The notes under the pieces: model-generated
What the model saw: only the letters and a program-made list of their open reading frames with translations
What the model was told of the DNA's origin: nothing
Databases searched by the model: none
Position numbers and translations under genes: made by a program
Shown here: piece after piece, positions 28,701-40,240 of the stretch
Position numbering within the stretch: position 1 is the first letter of the stretch
Layout: each line of letters begins with the position of its first letter
Source: Vicugna vicugna
Lineage: Eukaryota
Assembly (NCBI GenBank): GCA_013265495.1
Contig: MU058017.1
Span: forward strand, 124,001 to 188,000
DNA length: 64,000 nucleotides
Reading direction: 5' to 3'

Positions 28701-30615
28701 AAGACATCAAATAGCCAAAATAGTCTTAAGAAAGAAAAACAAAACTCCCTTATCTGAAACTATACCATGAAGCTACAATAATCAAAACAATGTTGGACTG
28801 GCCCAAAAACAGACACAAAGATCAATGGAACAGAATATAGTGCTTAGCAATGAACCCACACTTACATGGTCAATTAATCTACGACAAAGGAGGAAAGAAC
28901 ATACAATCCAGTAAAGACAGACTCTTCAATAAATGATGTTGGGAAAACTGGGCAGCTACATGCAAAAAAAAAAATCAATCTACTTTCTCACATCATATAC
29001 AAAAATAAATTCAAAATGAGTTAAAGATTTGAATGTTAAGACCTGAAACCTTAAAACTTCTAGAAGAAAATATAGTCAGTATACACTTTAACATCTGTCT
29101 TCATAATATTTTTTTGGATATGCCTCTTCAGCAAGGGAAACAAAAGCAAAAAGAAACAAATGGGACTACACTGAATTAAACAGTTTTTGCACAGCAAAGG
29201 AAGCCAACAAAATGAAAAGACTACCTACTGAATGGGAGAAAATTATGTGCAAATGATATATCCAATAATGGATTAAAATCCAAAATATACAAAGAGCTCA
29301 TACAACTCACCAACAAGAAAACAAACAACCCAATTCAAAAATGAGAAGAGGATCTGAATAGACATATTTCCAAAGAAGACATACAGATGCCCAATGGCAA
29401 ACACATATAAAGATGCTTTCTAATTACTAATCATCAGGGGAATGCAAATAAAGTCACAGTGAGGTATCATCTCACATGTGTTGGAATGGCTATCATCAAA
29501 AAGGTAAGAAATGATAAGGGTTGATGTGTATATAGATAAAAGGGAATCCTCAGACACTGTTGGTAGGAATATAAAGTGATGCAGCCATACTGCAAAACAG
29601 TATGGAAATTCCTCAAAAATTAAAAAAATAGAACTGCTATATGATCCAGTAATTCCAATTCTGGGTATTTATTTGAAGAAAACAAAAACACTAATTCAAA
29701 AAGATACATACACCCCTATGTTCATTACAACATTATTTACAATAGCCAAGATAATGGAAGCAACCCAAGCACTCATCAATAGATGAATGGATAAAGATGT
29801 TTGTATATACATAAAACAAATGGACCACCTAGAGAATATTATGTTAAGTGAAATACATCAAAGACAAATATTGTATGATTTCACTTACATGTGGAATATA
29901 AAAAACAAATGAGCATATATAAATAAACAGTCATAGAAACAGACAGATGGTTGCCAGTGGGGAGAGGGTGGAGAGAGGAGAGAAGTAAATAAGGGAGATT
30001 AAGAGGTACAAACTTTTAGTTACAAAATAAATGAGTCATAGGTATAAAATGTACAGTGTAGGAAATATAGTCAATAATTACGTAATATCTTTGTATGGTG
30101 ACAGATGGTAACTAAACTTATAATGGTGATCATTTTGAAATGAATAGAAATATCAAATCACTGTGTTGTATAACAGGAACTAACACAGTGTTGTAGGTCA
30201 ATAATACTTACAAACAAACAAACAAACTCATAGAAAGAGATTAGATTTGTGGTTACCAGAGGTGGGGAGTGGAGGGAGGTGGAACTGGATGAAGGTAATC
30301 AAAAGGTACAAATTTCCACTTATAAAACAAATAAGTAGTAAGGATGTAATGTACAACATAAGAAATATAATTAACATTGTTTATGTTACACATGAAAGTT
30401 GTTAAGAGTAAATTCTAAGAGTTCTCATCACAAAGAAAAAAATTTTTTACATTAATTTTTTATCTATATGAGATGATAGATGTTCACTAAACTTATTCTG
30501 GTAATCATTTCATAATGTATCTAATTCAAATCACTATGCTGTACACTCTAAACTTATACAGTACTGATGTTAATTGTATCTCAATAAAAATGGGGAAAAA
30601 CAAAATAAAAATAAA
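25716..30615 (+). mobile_element. L1 with 5' UTR, decayed ORF1 (~27100-27955), internally deleted ORF2 and a tandem double 3' UTR
   Basis: 5' end gatggcagagtaggaagat; ORF1 motifs (cctacaaccaagaatactctacccagcaagg); ORF2 MKEIEDCTNRWKDMPCS; candidate TSD taagaaagtaa (25705-15) / taagaagtaa (30616-25). Confidence 0.9.
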
Positions 30616-30670
30616 TAAGAAGTAAAGAAGACATAAAAGGCATCATGATAACATTAAAATCAACATCCTA

Positions 30671-30789
30671 GTTGGGAAGGGTATAGCTAGCAGTAAGAGT
30701 GAGCACTTAGAATGCACAAGGTCCTGGGTTGAATCCCTAGTACTTTCATTAAAAAATAAATAAATCTAATTACTTCCCCCACCTCCCTC
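30671..30789 (+). mobile_element. tRNA-derived SINE, camelid Vic-1 type
   Basis: gggaagggtatagct (A box region)...ggtcctgggttgaatcc (B box)...aaataaataaatctaattacttcccc; perfect 15-bp TSD aaaatcaacatccta at 30656-30670 and 30790-30804, at a TT|AAAA site. Confidence 0.9.
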
Positions 30790-31999
30790 AAAATCAACAT
30801 CCTAAAAATGTCAGTGGTTTTTGGATATTCATTTACAGTACTATCAACAGTCATTTGCTTAACCTAGACCAGAACCAATTCTTCCCTTGTCTTATCAGCA
30901 TAATAATGGCATACTATTAGTTTCTTTTATCCATTATTACTTGACCAAAATATTAGCTTGACTAAAATAACACATTAGAGAATATGATGTTGCAGCACTA
31001 ACTGGGAATGATTCTTTGTGTCTTATTTTCAGTGTGTTTGTGAAGAAGTCACCTAGTCTTCTGAGACCATTTCTTCCCTTGCAAATGATAAAATGAGATA
31101 CCAATACACTGAAAGTATACAAGTAGAAAGCATGATGGTAGTAAGAGTATTTTGAAAACTTACCATTTTAACTACAAGATTTAATTTTAAACCAAAGTAG
31201 CAAGAAAAAAATAGGGCAACTAGTAAATGAACATTTTTAATACTTGATATTGAAAATTGAATTCTTTTTTCAAACCAACCAGCAGTTTAAAAAGTGCTGT
31301 ATTGTTTTCCACTATAATTCATGTCATCACTAACACCTAGAGCATAAAAGTCATCTGCCTCTTGCTTGCCTTGGGTTTTAGTGAGGTTGTGGCAGCCACT
31401 GAAAGAGAACTCAGAATTTGGCAATAAAAATCACTTTTCACTTGAGTTCTTTTCCTCCTTCAAGTCAATGTGTACTTAATGATTTTGATGCCATTTTGGA
31501 TCAAATAGAATAATCTTTGAGCCAAATGTGCAGCTTATTTCATAGTATGTTTAGAATCAGGTCTACACTGCCAAAGTGAGGGAGAAAGGTGGATAAATCT
31601 GAGTAGTATAGACAGCTCCTTTGGAAACTTCTAAGCATAAAAATGTGCCTCATCTGTCTGGAATTACCTGAAATACCAGAAAGTGTTCATCTGTACACAA
31701 AAATGGTTTCCTTCCTGACAAAGTCTTTGTGTTTCAGGAAATCAACTGAGTCTGCTTTCACTACCCACCATCCAGTTGGAATGTGTGGACCAAAATAACA
31801 CATTAGAGAATATGGTGACATATTGCAGAAGAGTCTTCACTACCCCAGATTATGTGAGTTCTGTATCTGTTGGAGGAAATGTCAAACAAGGTTTAAATAC
31901 ATTACAAGGCCATGCTTCAAACCACAGCATACTGGAAAATGTGCAAGATCTATTCAACAAGTATTTATTAATGTTTCTATATTAACTATACATACATCA

Positions 32000-32245
32000 T
32001 ATTAATAACAAGCTAATGTTTATTGTACACTTACGTCAAGCCTTGTGCTAAATGCTTTATTCCATTTACTCCTACACAGTCTGGTGAGAGAGATATCATT
32101 ATTATTTCTATGTTGAGTTGAGAAAACTTTGAGAAATGAAGAGACACACACGAGTCCATATTTTCTAATACATGATTGAGCCCAAATTGGAACCCATGCA
32201 AACTGACTTCAGAGCCTCAGTTTTAAGCATTACACTTAACTACCT
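32000..32245 (-). mobile_element. MIR SINE
   Basis: aataacaagctaatgtttattgtacacttac...tgtgctaaatgcttta...gaacccatgcaaactgacttcagagcc. Confidence 0.75.
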
Positions 32246-32501
32246 GTAGCAATAGTAGGTAATGAGTGATCCACAAAGAAGTAAAAGACACAGTCCCACC
32301 GCCATGGAATTTGCCTTTTGGAACAAAGAAACTGTTTAGGGAGAATAGGCTGATAAGAGCTGGTCCATTTTGGGAAGGATCCAAATTTTCCATATTTCCA
32401 CAGTCAGTTTGCTAATAAATAGAGGGGTCACACACTTGTTATTGTTTGATCCAAAAACTCCCAATGACTGCTACTTTATGCCTCATTTTGAAAGGAAGGA
32501 G

Positions 32502-33240
32502 GATGACTTCCAATTTCAGGAAGATGGAATAGATACACTCATCCTCATTCCTGTCACTAAGTACAACTAAAATCCCTGTACATTATATATAAAACAATAT
32601 AAAAAGACTCTGACAGGTGGAGAGAAGAAGGAAGATGACTAGAACTTCAGGACAGAAGGAGTAACACAGAAGTTACTGGATTCTCTTTCATCATATATAT
32701 CCTATACGTGGAACTAAAGATGCCAGAAACCTAGAAAACCTAGAAATGCTGGTGATTACAGAAGGGGAAAAAAAAGCTCCAATAAAAGTTCTCTCAGGCC
32801 AAAGGCCTGGGGAAGGAGCAAACAGCCAAGGCAAGAAGCTTTTAGACAATAACCACTCTATGCTAGATAAACACACAGAAAAACTCTGGCTTCACCCTCA
32901 TTATGACACAAAAGGCTAAGTGGGGAGCCTAGACTTCTACCCTTAACAGTAATTAGGAACCCCTTCCCCTACCTCTCAGGGTGGTTTCAGACAAGGCCTG
33001 GTGGAAAATCAGGACTTTCACCATCACCCAGAGGTAACAAGTCCACCCTACAGCTAAGTCAGTGGAGGCCATATGGAAAGGTGAACTCCCTATTCACCCA
33101 AGGGTAGTAAGTGATGTCCTCTCCCCCAAGTGTCAGTAAAACCCAAGTGGGGAACATAGACTTCAACCTCCACCTGGCACTAATGAAGAGGTGCAATCCT
33201 CCTTTCTTCTACCAAAGTGGTGTCCAAAAATCCTAGTTAA
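32502..33240 (+). mobile_element. L1MC-type 5' UTR
   Basis: acttcc...gaagatggaatagat...ctaagtacaactaaaatccctg.acattatatataaaaca...gactctga.aggtggagagaagaagg. Confidence 0.75.
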
Positions 33241-33320
33241 AGCAACATATATAATCAATCATTTATATCAATAAATGCCTACTTCAAGAAAAAAAATCTC
33301 AAATAAAAAACTTAACTTTC

Positions 33321-36300
33321 AACTCTTCCAGAAGATTTAAAAGGAGGGAGTACTCCCAAACTCATTCTATGAAGCCACCATCACCCTGATACCAAAACAA
33401 GGCAAAGATACCACCAAAAAAGAGAATTACAGACCAATACCACTAATGAACATAGATGCAAAAATCCTTACCAAAATATTAGCAAATAGAATCTAACAGC
33501 ACATAAAACAGATGATACACCATGATCAAGTGGGGTTCATCCCAGGAACACAAGGGTGGTTCAACATACACAAATCAATCAATGTAATACATCACATCAA
33601 CAAAAGAAAGGACAAAAACCACATGAACCTCTCAATAGATGTAGAAAAAGCATTTGATAAAATTCAACACCCATTCATGATAAAAACTCTCACCAAAGTG
33701 GGTGTAGAGGGAGCATATCTCAACATAATAAAAGCTATATATGACAAAACTACAGCCAGCATAGTACTCAATGGTGAAAAACTCAAAAGCTTCCCACTAA
33801 AATCTGGGACAACACAAGGATGCCCACTATCACCACTCCTATTTAACATAGTCTTGGAAGTCCTAGCTACAGCAATTAGGCAAGAGAGAGAAATAAAAGG
33901 AATCCAAACTGGAAAAGAAGAGGTAAAAGTGTCACTACATATATGCCTATGACATGTTACTATACACAGAAAACCCTAAAAGGTCCACACAAAAACTACT
34001 AGAGCTGATCAAAGAATTCAGCAAGGTAGCAGGTTACAAGATTAATGTTCAAAAATCAGTTGCATTTCTTTACACTAACGATAAATCAACAGAAAAAGAA
34101 AGTAAAGAAACAATCCCCTTTAAAATAGTACCCAAAGTAATAAAATATCTGGGAATAAATCTAACCAAGGAGGTGAAAGAATTATACACAGAAAACTATA
34201 AACCACTGATGAAGGAAATTAAAGAAGACTTTAAAAAATGGAAAGATATCCCATGCTCTTGGATTGGAAGAATCAATATTGTTAAAATGGTCATACTGCC
34301 CAAGGCAAGCTACAGATTTAATGCAATCCCTATCAAATCACCCAGACATATTTCACAGAACTAGAACAAATCATAATAAAATTTATATGGAACCACAAAA
34401 GACCTAGAATTGCCAAAATATTACTGAAGAAAAAGAAAGAGGCTGGAGGAATAACTCTCCCAGACTTCAGACAATACTACAGAGCTACAGTCATCAAGAC
34501 AGCATGGTATTGGTACAAAAACAGACATATAGACCAACGGAACAGAATAGAGAGCCCAGAAATGAACCCACAGACTTTTGGTCAACTCATCTTTGACAAA
34601 GGAGGCAAGAATATACAATGGAATAAAGACAGTTTCTTCAGCAAATGGTGTTGGGAAAATTGGACAGCAGCATGTAAATCAATGAAGCTAGAACACTCCC
34701 TTACACGATATACAAAAATAAACTCAAAATGCATCAAAGACTTAAACATAAGACAAGATATGATAAACCTCCTAGAAGAAAACATAGGCAAAACATCATC
34801 TGACATACATCTCAAAAATGTTCTCCTAGGGCAGTCTACCCAAGCAATAGAAATAAAAGCAAGAAGAAACAATTGGGACCTAATTAAACTTACAAGCTTC
34901 TGCAAACTTACAAGCAAAGAAAACCATAAGTAAAACAAAAAGCAACCTAAGGAATAGGAAAAAATTTTTGCAAATGAAACCGACAAAGGCTTGATCTCCA
35001 GAATATACAAGCAGCTCATAAGACTTAATAAGAAAAAAAACAAACAACCCAATCCAAAAATGGGAAAAAGACCTAAACAAGCAATTCTCCAAGAAAGAAA
35101 TACAAATAATCAATAAGCACATGAAAAAATGCTCAATATTACTAATTATTAGAGAAATGCAAATCAAAACTACAATGAGGTATCACCTCACACCAGTCAG
35201 AATGGCCGTCATTCAAAAATCCAAAGACAAGATATGATAAACCTCCTAGAAGAAAACATAGGCAAAACATCATCTGACATACATCTCAAAAATGTTCTCC
35301 TAGGGCAGTCTACCCAAGCAATAGAAATAAAAGCAAGAAGAAACAATTGGGACCTAATTAAACTTACAAGCTTCTGCAAACTTACAAGCAAAGAAAACCA
35401 TAAGTAAAACAAAAAGCAACCTAAGGAATAGGAAAAAATTTTTGCAAATGAAACCGACAAAGGCTTGATCTCCAGAATATACAAGCAGCTCATAAGACTT
35501 AATAAGAAAAAAAACAAACAACCCAATCCAAAAATGGGAAAAAGACCTAAACAAGCAATTCTCCAAGAAAGAAATACAAATAATCAATAAGCACATGAAA
35601 AAATGCTCAATATTACTAATTATTAGAGAAATGCAAATCAAAACTACAATGAGGTATCACCTCACACCAGTCAGAATGGCCGTCATTCAAAAGTCCACAA
35701 ATGACAAATGCTGGAGAGGCTGTGGAGAAAGGGGAACCCTCCTACACTGCTGGTGGGAATGCAGTTTGGTGCAGCCACTGTGGAAAACAGTATGGAAATT
35801 CCTCAAAAGACTAGGAATAGACTTACCATATGACCCAGGAATCCCACTCCTGGGCATATATCCAGAAGGAACCCTACTTCAACATGACACCTGCACCCCA
35901 GTGTTCATACCAGCACTATTTACAATAGCCAAGACATGGAAACCCTAAATGTCCATCAACAGAGAACTGGATAAAGAAGAGGTGGTATATTTATACAATG
36001 GAATACTATTCAGCCATAAAAACCAACAACATTAACGCCATTTGCAGCAACACAGATGTTCCTGGAGAATGTGAAGTAAGCCAGAAAGAGAAAGAAAAAT
36101 ACAATATGAGATCGCTCATATGTGGAATCTAAAAAAAAAAAAAAAACAAAAAACAAAACATAAATATAAAACAGAAACAGGCTCGTAGACATAGAATACA
36201 AACTTGTGGTTGCCAGGGGGGCAGAGGGTGGGAAGGGACAGACTGGGATTTCAAACTGTAGAACACATAAACAGGGTTATACTGCATAGCACGGGGAAAT

Positions 36301-36471
36301 ATATACAAGATCTTGTGGTAGCTCACAGCGAAAAAAAAAGTGACAATGAATACATGTATGTTCATGTATAACTGAAAATTGTGCTCTACACTGAAATTTG
36401 ACACAACATTGTAAAGTGATTACAACTCAATAAAAAATGTTTAAAAAAACAAAACAAAACAAAACAAAAAA
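33321..36471 (+). mobile_element. Young camelid-type L1, 5'-truncated; ORF2 pseudogene fragments
   Basis: ORFs 33512-33952 ([29 protein letters not shown]), 33954-34364, 34562-34933 and 35595-35948 are L1 ORF2; the YADD motif is disrupted at ~33935-33955; 7-bp TSD aactttc at 33314-20 and 36472-78; (AAAAC)n tail. Confidence 0.97.
34750..35697 (+). repeat. 474-bp direct tandem duplication (2 copies)
   Basis: 34750-35223 equals 35224-35697 except for one mismatch seen (35219 A vs 35693 G); the ORF track shows identical peptides offset by 474. Confidence 0.97.
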
Positions 36472-39400
36472 AACTTTCCACTACAAGGAGCTAGGGAAAA
36501 AAACCTAAGCCCAACATTAGCAGAAGGAAGGAAATTTCAAGATAAAAGCAGAAATCAATGAAATAGAGAGTAGAAAAATGATAGAAAAGACTGACAAAAC
36601 TAAGATTGGATTTTGAAAATAAAGACAAAATTGAAAAACCTTTAGCTAGAATCAATCAAAAAAATAAGATAGTACTCAAATAAGTAAAATTACAAATGAG
36701 AGAGAAGATACTACAACTGATACCACAGAAATATATTATATAGTACATAGTATATAGCATAGGACAATTATACACCAACAAATTGGCAACCTAGAAGAAA
36801 TGAATAAATTCCTAGAAACACAAAATCTACCAGGACTGAATGATGAATAAATAGAAGATGTGAACAGAATACTGAATAAGGCTATTTGGTCAATAACCAA
36901 AAATCTCCCAACAAGGAAAAGCCCATGACCAGATGGATTCACTAGTGAATTCAAGCAAACTTTAAAGAAGAATTAACGTCAATCCTTCTCAAACTATTCC
37001 AAAAAACTGAAGAGGAGGGAGTGCTTCCAAACTCATCCCATGAAGCTAGCATTACCCTGATAGCAGAGTCAGATAAGGATACCACAAGAAATGAAAATCA
37101 CAGGCTAAAATTCCTCATAAATATAAATGCAAAAATTCTCAACAAAACACTAGCAAACTAAATTCAACAGCACATTTGAATGGATCATACAGCATGACCA
37201 AGTGCAATTTATCCCTGAGATGCAAGGACATTTCAACATATGAAAATCAATCAACGTGATGCACTACATTAACTGAATAAAGGATAAAAATTACATAGTC
37301 ATCTCAGTAAATGCAGATAAAGATTTGGCAAAATTAACATTCTCTTATGATAAAAACTCAATAAATTAGGTAGAAGAAATGTACCTCAAAGTAATAAAAG
37401 CCATATACGACAAGCCCGCAGCTAACATCTGGTTCGATGAAAAGTTGAAAGCTTGTTCTCTAAGATCAGAAACAAAATAAGTGTGCTCACTCCTACCACC
37501 TCTATTCAACATAGTACTGAAAGTTTAGCCTGAGCAATTCAACAAGAAAGGAAACAAAAGGCATCAAAGTTAGAAAGAAAGAAGTAAAACTGTCTCTGTT
37601 TGCAGATGACAGGATCTTATACATATATAAAATCCTAAAGATTCTACCAAGACTCTAAGCACTAATAAATTCAGTAAAGTTGCAGGATACATAATCAACC
37701 TACAAAAATCAGTTCACTTCTATACACTACAATGAACTATCCAAAAAAGAATTTAAGAAAACAATTCCATTTACAATAGCACCAAAAAGAATAAAATACT
37801 TAGGAATAAACTTAACCAAGAAGGTGAAAAATGTGTACACTGAAAACTATAAAATATTGATAAAAGAAATTGAAGAAGACACAAATAAATGGGAAAATGT
37901 CCTGTACTTATAGTTTGGAAGAATGAGTATTATTAGAGTACACATAGTATGCAAAGTCATCTACAGATTTAATATAATCCTTGTTAAAATTCTAATGTTA
38001 TTTTTCACAGAAATAGAAAAAACAATCCTAAAATCCATATGAAACTACAAACGATCCCAAATAGTTAAAACAGTCTTGAATAAGAACTCTGAACAAACTT
38101 TTGAACAAGGTCATTGATGGAAGGTCACACTTCCTGATTTCAAAATATATTAGAAAGCTAAAGAAATCAAAACTGGCATAAAAAGAGTATAGGCTAACGG
38201 AAGAGAAAAGATAGCCTAGAAATAAATTCATATATTTGTGGCCAACTGATTTTCAACAATTGTGCCAAGAATAACACTCTTCAATAAATACTGTTGGGAA
38301 AACTGGGTATCTACATCCAGAGGAATGAAATTGAATCCATATTTCACACTATATACAAAAACAAATTCAAAATGGATTCCAGACTTAAATTTAAGACCTG
38401 ATAGTATAAAACTCTAGAATAAAACATAAGGAAAAAGCTTCTTGACATTGGTCTGTGCAATGATTATTTTTAGATATGCTCCCAAAAGCACAAACAACAG
38501 AAGTGAAAATAGACGAGTGGGATCACATCTAACTAAAACACTTTTGCATAGCAAAGGAAACAGTCAACAGAGTGAAAAGGCAACCTACAGAATGAGGTGG
38601 GGGGGATTGCAAATAACACGTCTGATAAGGAATTAATATCCAAAATATATAAGCAACTCCTACAACTCAATAGCAAAATATAAAATGAAAGATAACCTGA
38701 TGAAAATATGGGTAAAAGGCCTGAACAGACATTCCCCAAAAGAAAACATACAAATGGCCATCAAGTATAGAAAAAGGTGTTGAATATCACTAAGCATCAG
38801 GGAAATGCGAATAGAAACAACGAGATATTACTTCAAACCTGTCAAGATGGCAATTACTTAAAAACAAAAAAATAACAAGTGTTGGCAAGGACGTGGAGAA
38901 AAGGGAACTCTGGCACAGTGATGGAGGGAACGTAAATTGGTACAGCCATTATGGAAAACAGTAAGCAGGTTCTTCAAAACTTAAAAACAGACTACCTTAT
39001 AATTTAGCAATCCCACTCTGGGTATATATCTAAAAGAAGCAAATTCAGTATCTCAAAGAGTATCAGCACTCCCATGTTCATTGTAGCACAATAGCCAAGA
39101 TATGGAAATGACTTCAGTGTCTGTCAATGGATGAATGAATAGAGAAAATGTGATATAATAGAATATTATTTAGCCTTAAAAAAAAAGAAATTGTACTATC
39201 TGTGTCAATGTTAAGTGAAATAAGCCAGACACACAAAGACAAATACTGCATGGTATCTCTTATATGAACAATATAAAAAATTTAAACTCTTAAAAACAGA
39301 GGGTAGAATGATGATTGCCAAAGGTTAGGGGTATGGGGGAAACAGGATGTTGGTAAAGCAAAGGGTACAAAGTTTCAGTTTGAAAGATGATTAAGTTCTG

Positions 39401-39799
39401 GCAACCATTATAGCATGGTGACTAGTTAATACTATAGTGCATGCTTGAAATGTGCCAGAGTAGCGCTTAAGTGTTCTCACCACACCCACAAAAATGCTAA
39501 ATGTGAAGTTTATGGACATGTTAATAGAGTTTTTAGACGTGACACTAAAAGTACAATTCATAAAAGGAAAAAACTGAGAAATTGGATCTCATTAAAAAAA
39601 TTTTTCCTGTGAAAAGACCTTGTGATAAGGATGTAAAGACAAGTTACAGACTAGGAGAAAACATTTGCAAACCACATATACAACAAAGAACTAGTATCTT
39701 TGATATATAGAGAACATCAAAATCCAGCAGTAAGACAAACAAACAATCTAGTTAGAACATGGGTAAAGGAGGTAAAGACACATTCACTGAAAATGAAAG

Positions 39800-40240
39800 C
39801 CTCCGTCTCCAGGACGCCGGCACCACAGCGCGGCCTGGCTGACACAGGGCCTTTTTCTCCCCAGAATCTTGACGCCATCCCTCCCAGCCCAGCCGGGACC
39901 ATGTTCACGTGTACCTGTCGGTAAAGGAATGGCTGCTGCTCCTCAGCCCCCTCCTCCTCCTCCATCATCACAGCAAGCGGGCCCTGCGGCTGGAAGGCCC
40001 AGTAGGATTTTCCCGCCAGGGCACCGGGCCGCGCGGGAAAGTGGGAGACCGGTAGCCAAAGCGAGAAGCTGCCGGCTGCTTGGCGCATGCCCCCTGGCGG
40101 CGGCTGTGGGAAGGGTGCCTCGCGGCCAGCTGCTCCCGCCCCACCGCGGCGCCCTGGGTACTCCACACCCAGCTCAGTGCCCCGCGCAGTAGTTACCACA
40201 GTTCTTGGAAACGCGCGGGCGGGCGGGCGTGCGTGCGTGT
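39800..40240. promoter_or_regulatory. CpG island with promoter motifs (2x E2F, GC boxes, CTCF-like)
   Basis: ~38 CpG in ~440 bp by hand count; TTTCCCGCC 40009-17; GCGCGGGAAA 40031-40; CCGCCAGGGGGCA on - at 40088-40100; CCCGCCCC 40135-42; GGGCGGGCGGGCG ~40217-29. Confidence 0.75.
39915..39968 (-). pseudogene. CENPS: CENP-S (APITD1/MHF1) first coding exon copy followed by a splice donor
   Basis: (M)MEEEEGAEEQQPFLYRQ vs human N-terminus MEEEAETEEQQRFSYQQ as recalled (11/17, ungapped); followed by CAG|GTACAC instead of the exon 2 sequence RLKAAVHY; no further CENPS exons recognised in the window. Confidence 0.8.

Larger units (their letters stand above)
33275..39526 (+). mobile_element. L1MA-type element (ORF2 to truncated 3' UTR), split by a younger L1 at 33321-36471
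   Basis: aatctcaaataaaaaacttaactttc continues as cactacaaggagctag after 36478; tttgcagatgac (FADD) at ~37600; 3' UTR cttaagtgttctcaccacac. Confidence 0.88.

Noticed and set aside
30674..30745. tRNA gene
   Set aside because: It is a SINE head with degraded boxes, a SINE tail and a TSD.
33512..35948. Active L1 reverse transcriptase
   Set aside because: 5'-truncated, with frameshifts, stops, a disrupted YADD motif and an internal duplication.
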